A stretch of DNA of 64,000 bases from Gammaproteobacteria bacterium (lineage in GTDB: Bacteria > Pseudomonadota > Gammaproteobacteria > Eutrophobiales > Eutrophobiaceae), in the NCBI GenBank assembly GCA_947480335.1, contig CANKCB010000008.1, forward strand, positions 10,741 to 74,740, written 5' to 3'. Below the pieces are notes generated by a model. That model was not told the origin of the DNA and made no database searches. It saw nothing but the letters and a program-made list of their open reading frames with translations. This document shows positions 1-11,484 of this stretch, in pieces. A program made the position numbers and the translations under genes. Within the stretch, counting starts at the first letter, position 1; every line of letters begins with the position of its first letter.

Positions 1-130
1 GGAATGTTTTAAAGTCCGGGGTTTGGTGGGTTGCGGGTGTACAGGACGCTCCAGATTGATATTTACCGGGTATCCTTGGGCTAATACTGCTAAAATTACC
101 GTAACTTCCGTATTCTGATGTCACTACACC

Positions 131-2287
131 ATGTTGCAGACTGCTCCGGATATCTTTTGGTATCGCCAATACTGGGCCAAACGGCTGTTGCCGGCGCCGG
201 TATTGCCGATGTCGCGTGCGGAAATGGACCTGCTCGGTTGGGACGAGTGCGACATTATTATAGTGTGTGGTGATGCCTATGTAGACCATCCCAGCTTTGG
301 TATGGCGTTGGTCGGGCGCTTGCTCGAATCGCAGGGTTTTCGGGTTGGCATTATTGCGCAGCCGGACTGGACCTCGGCCGATCCGTTCCGCGTGCTGGGC
401 AAGCCGAAACTGTTTTTTGGCGTGTCGGCCGGCAATATGGATTCGATGGTGAATCGTTATACCTCGGATCGCAAGATCCGCTCGAATGATGCGTACACCC
501 CGGGCGGGGCAGCCGGTAAACGGCCAGACCGTGCAGTGGTGGTTTATTCGCAGCGTTGTCGTGAAGCCTATTCCGGTGTGCCGATCATTATCGGTGGCAT
601 TGAAGCCTCCTTGCGGCGTATTGCCCATTACGATTACTGGTCAGAGAAAGTCCGGCGTTCGATCCTGTTAGATAGCAAGGCGGACCTGCTGGTGTTTGGC
701 AATGCCGAGCGTGCGATTGTTGAGATCGCACACCGCATTGCAGCCGGTGAGCAGGCACGTGATATTCATGATTTGCGTGGCACGGCGTTCACAATCAAGT
801 CTTTGCCGCCGGGTTGGACTGAACTGGATTCGACCACTCTGGATGAGCCGGGCGCGATTGATGCACACACAAACCCGTATGCAATGACGCCGGTGAAAAG
901 TGCGTGCAGCACGGATACCGAAAAGGTTGCGGAAAAGCCGATCCATTTTCAACGCGAACATCCGAAAAACGAATCGGCCGATACGGTCGTGCGTTTGCCG
1001 GCGTATGAACAATTAAAAGATGATTCGGTGTTATATGCCCATGGGGCCCGGGTGATGCATCTGGAAACCAATCCGGGCAATGCGCGCGCACTGGTGCAGC
1101 GCCACGGCGAACGCGATGTCTGGTTGAATCCGCCACCAGTGCCGTTAACGATGGCGGAAATGGACAGGGTGTATGAGTTGCCGTATACGCGCTTGCCACA
1201 TCCGGCGTATCAGAATGAAAAAATTCCCGCGTATGAAATGATCCGCTTTTCCGTGACGATCCAGCGCGGTTGTTTTGGCGGCTGTTCATTCTGTTCGATT
1301 ACCGAACACGAAGGGCGCATCATCCAGAATCGTTCCGAAGGCTCCATCCTGCGTGAAGTGGAAAACATCCGCGATACCGTGCCGGGATTCACCGGTGTGA
1401 TTTCGGATCTGGGTGGGCCTACCGCGAACATGTACCGCATTGCCTGCAAATCGCCGGACATCGAAAGCAAGTGTCGCAAGCCTTCCTGTGTGTATCCCGG
1501 TGTGTGTCCGAACCTGAACACGGATCACTCCGCCCTGATTCAGTTATACCGCAAGGCACGTGAGTTGCCCGGCATCAAGAAAATACTGATTGCGTCCGGT
1601 GTGCGATACGATCTTGCAATCAAGTCGCCCGCTTATGTGAAGGAGCTGGTCACCCATCATGTCGGTGGCTATCTGAAAATTGCACCGGAGCATACCGAGC
1701 AGGGGCCACTGTCGAAGATGATGAAGCCGGGCATGGGTGCGTATGATCGGTTTAAACAATTATTTGATCAATATTCGAAAGAGGCGGGCAAGGAACAATA
1801 TCTGATTCCGTATTTTATTGCCGCGCATCCGGGCACAACCGATGAAGACATGCTGAACCTGGCCATCTGGTTAAAGCAGAACGGCTTTCGCGCGGATCAG
1901 GTCCAGACGTTCCTGCCTTCGCCGATGGCGCTGGCCACCGCGATGTATCACAGCAATAAAAATCCGTTACGCAAGGTGACCCGCGACAGCGAATATGTGC
2001 CGGTGGCCCGACAACTGAAAGTGCGGCGCTTGCACAAGGCATTCCTGCGCTACCACGATCCGGAAAACTGGCCGATGTTGCGGGTGGCATTAAAACGCAT
2101 GGGACGCATGGATCTGATCGGCCCGGGCAAGCGTTGCCTGATTCCGGCCTGGCAGCCCAGGGCGGCGGACACGAATACCAGCATTAAGCCCGGCAAACGT
2201 TTCCTGACTCGTCATACCGGGCTGCCACCACTGCCAGTTGACCGGATCAAACGCGGCAAGAAGGGTAAATCCTCGAATAGTCAGTAA
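131..2287 (+). CDS. ygiQ: YgiQ-family radical SAM protein (UPF0313)
   Basis: 718 aa. Near-colinear similarity to E. coli YgiQ ([34 protein letters not shown]..., GCFGGCSFC radical-SAM Cys motif, C-terminal basic tail). Confidence 0.85.
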   Translation: MLQTAPDIFWYRQYWAKRLLPAPVLPMSRAEMDLLGWDECDIIIVCGDAYVDHPSFGMALVGRLLESQGFRVGIIAQPDWTSADPFRVLGKPKLFFGVSAGNMDSMVNRYTSDRKIRSNDAYTPGGAAGKRPDRAVVVYSQRCREAYSGVPIIIGGIEASLRRIAHYDYWSEKVRRSILLDSKADLLVFGNAERAIVEIAHRIAAGEQARDIHDLRGTAFTIKSLPPGWTELDSTTLDEPGAIDAHTNPYAMTPVKSACSTDTEKVAEKPIHFQREHPKNESADTVVRLPAYEQLKDDSVLYAHGARVMHLETNPGNARALVQRHGERDVWLNPPPVPLTMAEMDRVYELPYTRLPHPAYQNEKIPAYEMIRFSVTIQRGCFGGCSFCSITEHEGRIIQNRSEGSILREVENIRDTVPGFTGVISDLGGPTANMYRIACKSPDIESKCRKPSCVYPGVCPNLNTDHSALIQLYRKARELPGIKKILIASGVRYDLAIKSPAYVKELVTHHVGGYLKIAPEHTEQGPLSKMMKPGMGAYDRFKQLFDQYSKEAGKEQYLIPYFIAAHPGTTDEDMLNLAIWLKQNGFRADQVQTFLPSPMALATAMYHSNKNPLRKVTRDSEYVPVARQLKVRRLHKAFLRYHDPENWPMLRVALKRMGRMDLIGPGKRCLIPAWQPRAADTNTSIKPGKRFLTRHTGLPPLPVDRIKRGKKGKSSNSQ

Positions 2288-2576
2288 CACCTGCCTAAAT
2301 AGCATCTAGTCTCATCTAGCGATGCTGTGGGCTTTATCCTCAAAATCCCGCTGATATACCGATGTTTTCTGCCGTGCTTTTTGCGTGAAAACGGCCCATA
2401 CAAGCGGGCCAAATTGTGCACAAATCATGACGCATGAATCCATTTGATAGAACCGTTCAAATACGATTAAACTTGGGCTGACGCTTCCCGCCGTCGTAAC
2501 AATCGGGGAGGGGGAGAATCTGTCGAATTATCACACCAAGAAGTAAATCAAACCGTATCGTTACTGGAGAGGAGGA

Positions 2577-3467
2577 GTGTCTATGAAAAAAGCGAGTGAT
2601 TATGATCAAGAAGTGCTCGATCTGTATAACCTGTACGTCCATAGCAGAATTAGCCGTCGTGAATTTCTGGAAGGAGCATCAAAGTTTGCTGTAGGTGGAA
2701 TGACCGCGACAGCATTACTGGAGAGTTTGTCTCCGCGTTATGCTGAAGCCCAGCAGGTAAAGCCGGATGATCCCAGATTAAAAAATGAATATGTAGAATT
2801 TGATTCACCCAATGGTACCGCGCCCAAAATCAAGGGGCTGATGTCGTCACCGGCCGATGCAACCGGCAAACTTCCCGCTATTCTGGTAGTTCATGAAAAC
2901 CGTGGTCTGACCCCGCACATTGAAGACATTACCCGTCGTCTGGGTCTGGAAGGCTTTCTGGCTTTTGCTCCAGACGTGCTGACCTCACTGGGTGGTTATC
3001 CCGGTACAGATGAAGCCGGTGTTGAACTGCAGAAGAAACTCGACGGTGGCAAAATGCGTGAAGATTTTGTCTCTGGTGCAGAATTCCTGAAAATACATCC
3101 GAAATCGACCGGTAAGGTAGGTGCAGTAGGATTCTGTTTTGGTGGTGGTGTGGTCAATCAGCTCGCCGTCAGATTGTCCTGGTTGGGCGCAGCCGTTCCT
3201 TTCTATGGTGGTCAACCAACCGCCGCTGACACAGCCAAGATTCAGGCTCCGTTATTACTGCATTATGCCGGTCTGGATGAGCGCATCAATAAAGGCTGGC
3301 CGGACTATGAAGCCGCGTTGAAAGCGAACAACAAGACCTACACCGCGTTCATCTATGAAAACTGCAATCATGGTTTCAACAATGATACGACCCCACGCTA
3401 TGATGAAGCCAATGCGAAACTGGCATGGCAGAGATCGATTGAGTTCTTCAAGAAATATCTGGCCTGA
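2577..3467 (+). CDS. dienelactone hydrolase family protein with Tat signal peptide
   Basis: 296 aa. N-terminal [23 protein letters not shown] twin-arginine motif. DLH-family core (VVHENRGL..., GFCFGGG nucleophile elbow, C-terminal His). Confidence 0.75.
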   Translation: MSMKKASDYDQEVLDLYNLYVHSRISRREFLEGASKFAVGGMTATALLESLSPRYAEAQQVKPDDPRLKNEYVEFDSPNGTAPKIKGLMSSPADATGKLPAILVVHENRGLTPHIEDITRRLGLEGFLAFAPDVLTSLGGYPGTDEAGVELQKKLDGGKMREDFVSGAEFLKIHPKSTGKVGAVGFCFGGGVVNQLAVRLSWLGAAVPFYGGQPTAADTAKIQAPLLLHYAGLDERINKGWPDYEAALKANNKTYTAFIYENCNHGFNNDTTPRYDEANAKLAWQRSIEFFKKYLA

Positions 3468-3494
3468 TAGTCGTATTTTGCGGTAAATAAAGGC

Positions 3495-3530
3495 GGGCTG
3501 TGGACCAGGTTCACAGCCCGTCATTTTTTT
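3495..3530 (+). terminator. Rho-independent terminator downstream of the DLH gene
   Basis: GGGCTGTG ... CACAGCCC stem with a 9-nt loop, followed by TCATTTTTTT. Confidence 0.6.
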
Positions 3531-3547
3531 CAGGAGAAGTGAAATAG

Positions 3548-4504
3548 ATGGATTTCAGGGACTACTACAAGATTATGGGCGTTGAACGTAACGCCACCCA
3601 GGACGATATCAAACGCGCCTACCGTAAGCTTGCCCGTAAATACCATCCCGATGTCAGCAAGGAAAAAGATGCCGAGGCCCGCTTCAAGGAAGTTGGGGAA
3701 GCTTATGCGGTGCTACAGGATCCGGAAAAGCGAGCCGCTTATGATCAGTTAGGCAGCAACTGGCAGGCCGGTCAGGAGTTCCGTCCTCCGCCGAATTGGG
3801 ATGCCGGTTTTGAACACCGGGGCGCAGGTGCAGAGCAGGTGGACCCGGCCGCCTACAGTGAATTCTTTGATTCCTTATTTGGTCGTCAGCCCGGAGCCGG
3901 TGGTGGTGGGCGACAGAACTTTCGTTTTCGCGGAGAAGATCATCATGCCAAGGTGCTGATTGCGATCACGGATGCGTATACCGGTGCTAAGCGCGGGATC
4001 AGTCTGCGATCACCTGTGGTCGACAGTGACGGTCATCTGCGCATGAAAGATCGTGTACTGAATATACAAATTCCAAAAGGGGTAAAGCAGGGACAGAAGA
4101 TACGTCTGGCAGGACAGGGCTCACCCGGCTCGGGCGGTGCTGAGGCCGGGGATTTGTATCTCGAAATCGAGTTTGAACCACATCCGTTATTCAAGGTGCA
4201 TGAACGTGATGTGTATCTGGAACTGCCACTGACCACGTGGGAAGCAGCTCTGGGGGCAAAAATCCGGATACCGGTGCCGACCGGTTCGGTGGAAATGCGT
4301 ATCCAGCCGAATACGTCTGCGGACAGCAAACTGCGTCTGAAAGGCAAGGGCATACCGGGTGAGCCGGCAGGCGATATGATTGTGACTCCGCGTATTGTGT
4401 TACCGCAGGCAGATACCGATAAGGCGCGCGAGCTTTATCGTCAAATGGGTGAACAGCTCAAATTCAATCCACGTAGCCATTTTGGAATTATCACAGATGA
4501 ATGA
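3548..4504 (+). CDS. cbpA: curved DNA-binding protein CbpA (DnaJ-like co-chaperone)
   Basis: 318 aa. J-domain at N-terminus (DYYKIMGV..., HPD motif in YHPDVS). Gly-rich linker and DnaJ C-terminal domains. Followed by cbpM. Confidence 0.8.
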   Translation: MDFRDYYKIMGVERNATQDDIKRAYRKLARKYHPDVSKEKDAEARFKEVGEAYAVLQDPEKRAAYDQLGSNWQAGQEFRPPPNWDAGFEHRGAGAEQVDPAAYSEFFDSLFGRQPGAGGGGRQNFRFRGEDHHAKVLIAITDAYTGAKRGISLRSPVVDSDGHLRMKDRVLNIQIPKGVKQGQKIRLAGQGSPGSGGAEAGDLYLEIEFEPHPLFKVHERDVYLELPLTTWEAALGAKIRIPVPTGSVEMRIQPNTSADSKLRLKGKGIPGEPAGDMIVTPRIVLPQADTDKARELYRQMGEQLKFNPRSHFGIITDE

Positions 4505-4805
4505 CACAATGCTGACAGGTAGTTTGCTGGATGAGATGGAGAACATGACGCTGGACGAGCTGGCCGGTATTTGTTCGTGCAAAACGGAATGGATTATCGA
4601 GCTGGTGAATGAAGGCATCATTGAACCGCGTGGACAAAGCCAGACGGAATGGCGCTTCACTGGTAATTGCCTTCTGCGTACCCGCACGGCGTATCGTTTG
4701 TATCAGGACCTGCAAATCAACGTCGCCGGAATTGCACTGGTCATTGATTTGGTGGTTGAAGTGAATGCACTACAAGCGCGATTGCGGGTGTTTGAAACTC
4801 AGTAA
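4497..4805 (+). CDS. cbpM: chaperone modulator CbpM (MerR-like)
   Basis: ATG at 4497 overlaps the cbpA stop by 8 nt. 102 aa, [26 protein letters not shown]... typical of CbpM. The ORF track starts earlier, at 4395, inside cbpA. Confidence 0.7.
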   Translation: MNDTMLTGSLLDEMENMTLDELAGICSCKTEWIIELVNEGIIEPRGQSQTEWRFTGNCLLRTRTAYRLYQDLQINVAGIALVIDLVVEVNALQARLRVFETQ

Positions 4806-4991
4806 CCAGGGCTTGCCGCAGGCGACACATTTCTAAACGACGCTTTATATAACTGGCCGCTCGGCTTTATCTCCATGAGTCGCCCTACCGCTTACATCCA
4901 TGTGCTACGCGGCATTTGCACATCCTGTGCGGCAGATTCCGGGCTTCGCTAACGCGGCCCCGGAATGACGCCGAGTAGTGGTGAAAAACTC

Positions 4992-6884
4992 TTAGACTTC
5001 CAGTTCCAATGCCTCCAGCTCTTCCTGTTTTTGCAACCATTCTTCTTCGGTATCCGCGAGTTGCTTCTTAATCGTGACCTGCTGTTGCAATAGTGTTTGC
5101 AAGGCGGCGCGGTTGTTGTCCTGATAGGTTTGTGGGTCTGCCAGTTGGGTTTCAATCGAAGACAACTGGTTCCGTAGTGTATCCATTTGTTGTTCGAGCT
5201 TTTGCAGGCGGTTTTTCAATGGACTCAATTGCTGACGTTTCGCGGCGGCTTGTCGGCGTTGCTCTTTCGGATTGATTACGTCTTTTACTTGCTCATCTGT
5301 AGCAGCGGTTTGTGTCTCCGAGCGTGCCAGTAGCTTCTGATAGTCTTCCAGATCACCGTCAAACACACTGACCCGTCCATTGGCGACCAGCCAGAACTCA
5401 TCCACACAGTTACGCAGCAGGTGCCGATCGTGCGAGACAACAATCATCGCGCCGTTGAATTCCTGCAAGGCCAGTGTCAGCGCATGGCGCATGTCCAGAT
5501 CCAGATGGTTGGTCGGCTCGTCCATCAATAACAGATTCGGTTTTTGCCAGGCCACAATCGCCAGTGCCAGACGCGCCTTTTCGCCGCCGCTGAACGGCCT
5601 GACGGAAGCCAGTGCTTCGTCACCGTGGAAATTAAAACCACCGATGTAATTGCGGATCGATTGTTCAGTCGCTGTTGGACTCAGTCTTTGCAAATGCAGC
5701 AGAGGACTGGCATCCAGATCCAGTGCTTCGAGCTGGTGCTGGGCAAAATAGCCGATGCGCATATGTTCACCCTGTACTCGTTTGCCGGACAATAGCGGTA
5801 ATTCACCCAGCAGCGTTTTGATCAAGGTGGACTTGCCCGCACCGTTCGCACCGAGTAATCCAATGCGCGAGCCTGGATGCAGGTTCAGTTTGACATGGTC
5901 GAGTAATATTTTTTCTCCGTAGCCGATGGTCGCATCGCTGAGCACCAGCAACGGGTCGGACATTTTCGGGGATTCCAGAATACGAAAACTGAAAGGTGAG
6001 TCGATATGTGCAGAAGAGATCACTTGCATGCGATCCAGTTCTTTCAACCGGCTCTGGGCCTGACGCGCCTTGCTGGCTTTGGCTCGAAAGCGGGTAACAA
6101 AGGTCTCGATCTCGCGGATGCGTAGTTGTTGTTTCTCAAACATGGCCTGTTGCTGTGCCAGCCGTTCGCCGCGTTGTCGTTCGAACGCGGAATAATTGCC
6201 CTTGTACAGGTTCAGTTTCAGATGTTCGACATGCACGATCGAATCGGTGACGCTGTCGAGAAAATCACGGTCATGCGAGATCAGCAACAAGGTGCCCTGA
6301 AACCGCTGCAACCATTGTTCGAGCCAGATGGTCGCGTCCAGATCCAGATGGTTGGTCGGTTCGTCCAGCAATAACAACTCTCCCGGACACATCAAAACCT
6401 GGGCCAGATTTAACCGTATTCTCCAGCCACCGGAAAATTCCTGCACCGGACGGCTGCAATCCTGTTGACTGAATCCCAGACCGTGCAGCAATTGCTCTGC
6501 CCGGTAATGCGCGTTGTAGCCATCAATGTTTTGCAAGGTTTCATGGATACGCGCCAGTTCGTTCGCGTTGTTGTCCTTTTCAGCCTTGTGCAGATCACTT
6601 TCCAGTTGTCGCAATTGTTTGTCGCCATCTATCACATGTTCCACCGCGGTAATGGGACGAAATTCGGTTTCCTGCGCCATGTGTGCAATGTGCAGTCGGG
6701 CAGGCAGATTGATATTGCCCTGATCCGGTGTCAACTCACCAAGCAACAACCGGAACAAACTGGTCTTGCCTGCGCCGTTCGCACCGGTAATACCGATATG
6801 TTGTCCGGCATGGATGGTCAGGCTGGTGGATTCGAGTAAGGGACGACCGCCGCGCTGCAGGCTGATGGATTCAAGGACTATCAT
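4992..6884 (-). CDS. yheS: ABC-F family ATPase (YheS-like): two ABC domains plus C-terminal coiled coil
   Basis: 630 aa. Two Walker A motifs (GANGAGKTS, GANGAGKST) and two LSGG signatures (FSGGWRIRL, FSGGEKARL). N-terminal sequence close to E. coli YheS. No transmembrane domain. Confidence 0.75.
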   Translation of the reverse strand: MIVLESISLQRGGRPLLESTSLTIHAGQHIGITGANGAGKTSLFRLLLGELTPDQGNINLPARLHIAHMAQETEFRPITAVEHVIDGDKQLRQLESDLHKAEKDNNANELARIHETLQNIDGYNAHYRAEQLLHGLGFSQQDCSRPVQEFSGGWRIRLNLAQVLMCPGELLLLDEPTNHLDLDATIWLEQWLQRFQGTLLLISHDRDFLDSVTDSIVHVEHLKLNLYKGNYSAFERQRGERLAQQQAMFEKQQLRIREIETFVTRFRAKASKARQAQSRLKELDRMQVISSAHIDSPFSFRILESPKMSDPLLVLSDATIGYGEKILLDHVKLNLHPGSRIGLLGANGAGKSTLIKTLLGELPLLSGKRVQGEHMRIGYFAQHQLEALDLDASPLLHLQRLSPTATEQSIRNYIGGFNFHGDEALASVRPFSGGEKARLALAIVAWQKPNLLLMDEPTNHLDLDMRHALTLALQEFNGAMIVVSHDRHLLRNCVDEFWLVANGRVSVFDGDLEDYQKLLARSETQTAATDEQVKDVINPKEQRRQAAAKRQQLSPLKNRLQKLEQQMDTLRNQLSSIETQLADPQTYQDNNRAALQTLLQQQVTIKKQLADTEEEWLQKQEELEALELEV

Positions 6885-7041
6885 GGGGGCGGATTCTAGC
6901 AGTTTTTCATAAGGTGCTGATTGAAAATAATCACATTGTGCCGCTACCGCTTATCCGCTAGATTACCGATCATTCTGTGGTAATGATCACTGGCAACACA
7001 CTGCAGGAAAGTTTTAATCCGTTTGGGAAAATATTCTGGCT

Positions 7042-7812
7042 ATGCATCTGGTAACATTTGATCCGTTTCGAACTCTTGGTTGTACCGATGTGCATTACAT
7101 CAAACCCGCGCAGCTGATGAACCATGTTGCCGAGATTGATGCGGCCGATGTCGTGCTGTTTCCGGATTATGCCGATGTAAACCTGCTCTGTCATGCGATG
7201 GGCAAACGAATTTTCCCCAGTCTGTCCAGTTATCAGCTCGGTTTCGACAAGATCGAAATGACCCGGGCGTTCCAGTTACGCTTCCCGCAACATGTACCAG
7301 TGACGCTGATGTTGCCAAATGAGCCGCGCTATCAGGCCCGGGTGCTTGAAAGTCTGGATTTTCCTTTTGTGGCCAAGCTGCCGCGCAGTAGCAAAGGTGA
7401 AGGTGTGTTCCTGATCAATGCCGAGCATGACTGGCATCACTACTGCAGCAAGACGACGATGTTATACGTACAGGAAAAACTCGACATCCACCGTGACCTG
7501 CGTATTGTCTGGATCGGTGACCGGGTGGTTTATACCTACTGGCGTGTGGCGGCACCGGGCGCGTTTCATAATAACCTTGCCCACGGTGGCACCATCGATT
7601 TGAACAATATTCCCGAAGCGGCGCTGACACTGGTCCGCGATATGGCAACCCGATTTGGTATTGACTATGCCGGATTTGATATCGCTATGGTTGGCGAACA
7701 CCCGTATATTTTTGAATTCAACCGACTGTTCGGGCTGGAAGGCTTGAATCAGGCCAGAATCAATACCGGTGAGATCATTCAAAAATATCTGCAACGCCGC
7801 GAGGGCGAATAG
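7042..7812 (+). CDS. ATP-grasp domain protein (RimK / glutathione-synthetase-like fold)
   Basis: 256 aa. ATP-grasp signature organisation (FPFVAKLPRSSKGEGVFLI..., YVQEKLDIHRDLRIVWIGDRV). Specific substrate unknown. Confidence 0.5.
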   Translation: MHLVTFDPFRTLGCTDVHYIKPAQLMNHVAEIDAADVVLFPDYADVNLLCHAMGKRIFPSLSSYQLGFDKIEMTRAFQLRFPQHVPVTLMLPNEPRYQARVLESLDFPFVAKLPRSSKGEGVFLINAEHDWHHYCSKTTMLYVQEKLDIHRDLRIVWIGDRVVYTYWRVAAPGAFHNNLAHGGTIDLNNIPEAALTLVRDMATRFGIDYAGFDIAMVGEHPYIFEFNRLFGLEGLNQARINTGEIIQKYLQRREGE

Positions 7813-7820
7813 TACTGTCT

Positions 7821-8738
7821 CTACACCAGTGCCTGTAAATGCGCCACCACGCTACTGGCCAATGCGGGCAGTGCATAACCTCCTTCCAGTAAAGAGATTA
7901 TTCTGTCCTTGGCATGGCGTTGTGCAAGGTTTCGAACTTCAGTGGTGATCCAATGGTAATCCTGTTCAAGCAGATTCAAACTCGCCAGCGGATCATCACG
8001 ATGTCCATCAAATCCGGCAGAGAACAGAATCAGTTCTGGTGCAAACGTGTCCAGTGCTGGTAATACGGTCGTTGTAACGGCCTTTCGAAACGTTGTGCCG
8101 TCGGTACCGGCAGGCAAGGGCACATTGATGATGTTGTCAGCGACCGGACCCGTACCGGAGTAGGGATACAATGGAGACTGGAAGGTAGAGCACAACAGCA
8201 CAGCCGGGTTATGGCGAAAGATATTCTCGGTGCCGTTGCCATGGTGTACATCAAAATCAACGATGGCGACCCGTTGCAGCGAATACTTCTGTAACGCATA
8301 GGCTGCACCGATGGCCACATTGTTAAAGATACAAAAGCCCATTGCGCGGTGACGCTCGGCATGATGGCCGGGTGGTCGGACTGAACAAAATGCCGCATGA
8401 TTTAGTCCGGACATGACCCGATCGACCGCGAGTATGGCCGCACCTGCGGCGCGTCGTGCCGCTGCCAGGGTATGAGGGTTCATTGTCGTGTCCGGATCCA
8501 GATCGACCATGCCCTGTGTGGGTGAGGAACGAAAGACAAAATCGATATGTTCCACAGTATGAGCCAGCGCCAGTTGTTCACGACTCGCCAGCGGGGCCTC
8601 AACGTATTCGAGTAAGGGTTCCAGTCCGGAAAGCCGTACTTGTTTTTGTATCGCTGCAAGTCGTAAAGGACTCTCGGGATGAGAGCTACCCATATCATGC
8701 AGCGCACAGTCCGGATGGGAGATAAAAGCCAGCGTCAT
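7821..8738 (-). CDS. histone deacetylase / acetoin-utilization (AcuC/AphA) family amidohydrolase
   Basis: 305 aa. FDVHHGNGTE zinc-binding motif, CSVRPPGHHAE, EGGY near C-terminus. Confidence 0.8.
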   Translation of the reverse strand: MTLAFISHPDCALHDMGSSHPESPLRLAAIQKQVRLSGLEPLLEYVEAPLASREQLALAHTVEHIDFVFRSSPTQGMVDLDPDTTMNPHTLAAARRAAGAAILAVDRVMSGLNHAAFCSVRPPGHHAERHRAMGFCIFNNVAIGAAYALQKYSLQRVAIVDFDVHHGNGTENIFRHNPAVLLCSTFQSPLYPYSGTGPVADNIINVPLPAGTDGTTFRKAVTTTVLPALDTFAPELILFSAGFDGHRDDPLASLNLLEQDYHWITTEVRNLAQRHAKDRIISLLEGGYALPALASSVVAHLQALV

Positions 8739-8920
8739 GAACAGGACTCCGTTAGTCTGTGCGGTACAGCGAGCATAACCAACGGCAGGATGTCATGCCA
8801 GCACAATTCGATGCGCTAGACCTTCCGGTTTGTCGCCAGAGATAATCTGCTTTTCTGGTTGTTTCGACTTCAGTACAATCTTGAGCCATAACCTACACCA
8901 ACCAATACAGGAAATAACTT

Positions 8921-9334
8921 ATGAGCGAATCCATTTCCGGCAGTTGTCTGTGTAATCAGGTCAAATTTACCGTGAGAGGGCCTTTCCAGTTGTTCGCCCT
9001 GTGTCATTGCTCCCGCTGCCGCAAGGCGACCGGTTCGGCGCATGCGTCCAATATTTTCACCCATGCCGAAAACATAGAGTGGCTGGCAGGTGAAGAACTG
9101 GTCCGACGTTATGAATTACCCACGGCTGAACGGTTTTCAAAATGTTTTTGTGCTGCCTGTGGTTCGCCTGTGCCCAGCCTGAGTCGAGATGGCAAGCGTC
9201 TGCTGATACCGGCGGGTAGTCTAGATGTGGATCCGGGTGTGCATCCGCAAGTACGGATTTTTCTCGCTGACATGGCGCCCTGGTATAAACATCTCGACAC
9301 AGCCAAATCTTTTGAGGGTGCGCCGGTTTTGTAA
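8921..9334 (+). CDS. GFA family protein (glutathione-dependent formaldehyde-activating / CENP-V-like Zn domain)
   Basis: 137 aa. CLCNQVKF...CHCSRCRKATGS Cys cluster typical of the GFA family. Confidence 0.7.
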   Translation: MSESISGSCLCNQVKFTVRGPFQLFALCHCSRCRKATGSAHASNIFTHAENIEWLAGEELVRRYELPTAERFSKCFCAACGSPVPSLSRDGKRLLIPAGSLDVDPGVHPQVRIFLADMAPWYKHLDTAKSFEGAPVL

Positions 9335-9341
9335 AGCCTGA

Positions 9342-11264
9342 CTAGGGCACTGCCTCCGGTTCGATTACGTCCTCCGCCAGAAAGCCACCGGACTGTCTGG
9401 CCCAGAGTTGCGCATACAAGCCCTTTGCGGCAACCAGTTCCGCATGCGTTCCTTGTTCGATGATGCGACCATTATCGACCACGACCAGTCGATCCAGTGC
9501 AGCAATCGTCGACAGGCGATGAGCAATCGCAATGACCGTTTTACCCTGCATCAGGGTTTCAAGGTTTTCACGTATCGCCGCTTCCACTTCTGAATCCAGA
9601 GCGGAGGTGGCTTCATCCATAATCAGGATCGGCGCGTTTTTCAATAATACCCTGGCAATGGCAATACGTTGGCGTTGCCCACCGGACAGCTTGATGCCAC
9701 GTTCACCCACATGGGCGTCATAGCCACGACGATCACGGGCATCCGAAAGTTCCGGAATGAACTCCTCAGCGCGTGCCTGTTTGGCTGCCTCGAACATTTC
9801 CGCTTCAGTTGCATTGGGTCGGCCATACAGGATGTTGTCGCGTATCGAGCGGTGCATCAGTGAGGTATCCTGCGTCACCATGCCGATTTGTTCTCGCAGA
9901 CTCTCCTGCGAAACCTGTGAAATATCCTGCCCATCAATGAGGATGTGACCGGCTTCGACATCGTAGAAACGCAATAACAGATTCACAAGAGTGGATTTGC
10001 CCGCACCGGAACGTCCGACCAGTCCTACTTTTTCGCCCGGACGGATGTTCAGTGAAAAATCATCTATGACGCCGCTGCCATTGCCATAATGAAAGCTGAC
10101 ATGATCAAAACGGATTTCACCCTGTTTAATCGAGAGCGCAGTGGCCTCGGGCTTGTCAGTGACATGACGGGGTCTGGCCAGCGTGGTTATGCCGTCTTCA
10201 ACCGTGCCGATGTTTTCAAACAGCGCCGAGGTTTCCCACATGATCCACTGCGACATGCCGAACAAGCGGATGACCGGTCCGATCGCCGTGGCAATGGCAC
10301 CGGCTGAAACCGCAGACAAGGTCCATAGATAGATGGACAAACCACTGACAGAAAAAATCAGCAGTGTGTTGATAATCCAGACCGAAATCACCAGCCGGGT
10401 GACCAGCCGCATCTGTTCATGGACGGTGTCCAGAAACCCGGTCATGCTGGCCTGTGCATAATCGGCTTCACGCCGGGTATGAGAAAACAGTTTGACGGTG
10501 GTGATGTTGGTGTAAGTGTCTACGATGCGTCCGGTCATTTCCGAACGTGCATCCGCCTGTCGGTTCGCAACTTCACCCAGCTTGGGTACAAAGTAATACA
10601 GTATGGCGGCATACAGAGAGATCCAGACCAGCAGAGGAATGGTCAGACGGAAATCAGAACCGGCGATCATCACAATCAGTCCGCTGAAATAGACAATCAC
10701 ATAGAGTAGTACATCGAGTAACTTCAGTACCGTCTCGCGTACCGCCAGCGAGGTCTGCATCAATTTGGTGGAAATTCTTCCGGCAAACTCATTCTGGTAA
10801 AACGACAGGCTCTGCCCAAGCAGATAACGATGAGCGAGCCAGCGTATGCTCATCGGGTAATTACCGAGCAAGGTCTGATGAATAATCAGACTGTGCAAAA
10901 ACACGGCTGTGGGCAAACCAATTACCACCATGATGGCCCACCAGACCAGTTGATCCCCCTTGTCCTGGATGAAACTGGCCGGATTTTCGGTGCCTACCCA
11001 GTCAATCAGCTTACCCAGAAAGGAAAACAGGGATACTTCCATCACCGCAATCAGGCCGGTCAGTATCGACATTATTAATAAATACGGTTCCATACCCCGG
11101 GTATAAAACCGGCAGAAGGCGAACAGCGTGGCTGGTGGTTGAACCGGTTCTTCGGTTGGAAACGGTTTAATCAGTTTTTCAAAAAAAGCGAACATATACG
11201 CTGGACAGAATCCAAACAGGGTGATCCATGGTTTTTTTAAGGGAAATCCGGGAAAAAACAGCAA
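9342..11264 (-). CDS. ABC exporter, fused permease + ATPase (MsbA / NdvA-like type I exporter)
   Basis: 640 aa. 5-6 N-terminal TM helices. Walker A GRSGAGKST, signature LSGGQRQRIAIAR, Walker B ILIMDEATSALD. Confidence 0.8.
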   Translation of the reverse strand: MLFFPGFPLKKPWITLFGFCPAYMFAFFEKLIKPFPTEEPVQPPATLFAFCRFYTRGMEPYLLIMSILTGLIAVMEVSLFSFLGKLIDWVGTENPASFIQDKGDQLVWWAIMVVIGLPTAVFLHSLIIHQTLLGNYPMSIRWLAHRYLLGQSLSFYQNEFAGRISTKLMQTSLAVRETVLKLLDVLLYVIVYFSGLIVMIAGSDFRLTIPLLVWISLYAAILYYFVPKLGEVANRQADARSEMTGRIVDTYTNITTVKLFSHTRREADYAQASMTGFLDTVHEQMRLVTRLVISVWIINTLLIFSVSGLSIYLWTLSAVSAGAIATAIGPVIRLFGMSQWIMWETSALFENIGTVEDGITTLARPRHVTDKPEATALSIKQGEIRFDHVSFHYGNGSGVIDDFSLNIRPGEKVGLVGRSGAGKSTLVNLLLRFYDVEAGHILIDGQDISQVSQESLREQIGMVTQDTSLMHRSIRDNILYGRPNATEAEMFEAAKQARAEEFIPELSDARDRRGYDAHVGERGIKLSGGQRQRIAIARVLLKNAPILIMDEATSALDSEVEAAIRENLETLMQGKTVIAIAHRLSTIAALDRLVVVDNGRIIEQGTHAELVAAKGLYAQLWARQSGGFLAEDVIEPEAVP

Positions 11265-11484
11265 TGTTTGGTATTGTAGCGTAAATACAGTATGAAAGCT
11301 GGTGCGATTAAAACTGTGGCAATTCGGGCATTGTTCAGAACGAATATCAGTTAGCCGACTGACTCAAATTGAGCAAAAAGCTCAGGTGGAACTTCCACAA
11401 ATTGTGATAGGTTTTTAAAAGGGAAAGTATATAATATCGGCCATTGTTAGCATTAACTGACCTGCAGGAAATTCCCTTATATAT

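Noticed and set aside
668-1528. Several minus-strand and alternate-frame ORFs (668..1012, 795..1289, 1210..1521, 1286..1528) inside ygiQ
   Set aside because: All lie within the strongly supported ygiQ CDS. Arg/His/Pro-rich translations typical of GC-biased non-coding frames.
4806-4991. tRNA or tmRNA gene in the cbpM-yheS spacer
   Set aside because: No GTTCRANYC T-loop, no acceptor-stem complementarity and no CCA context found.
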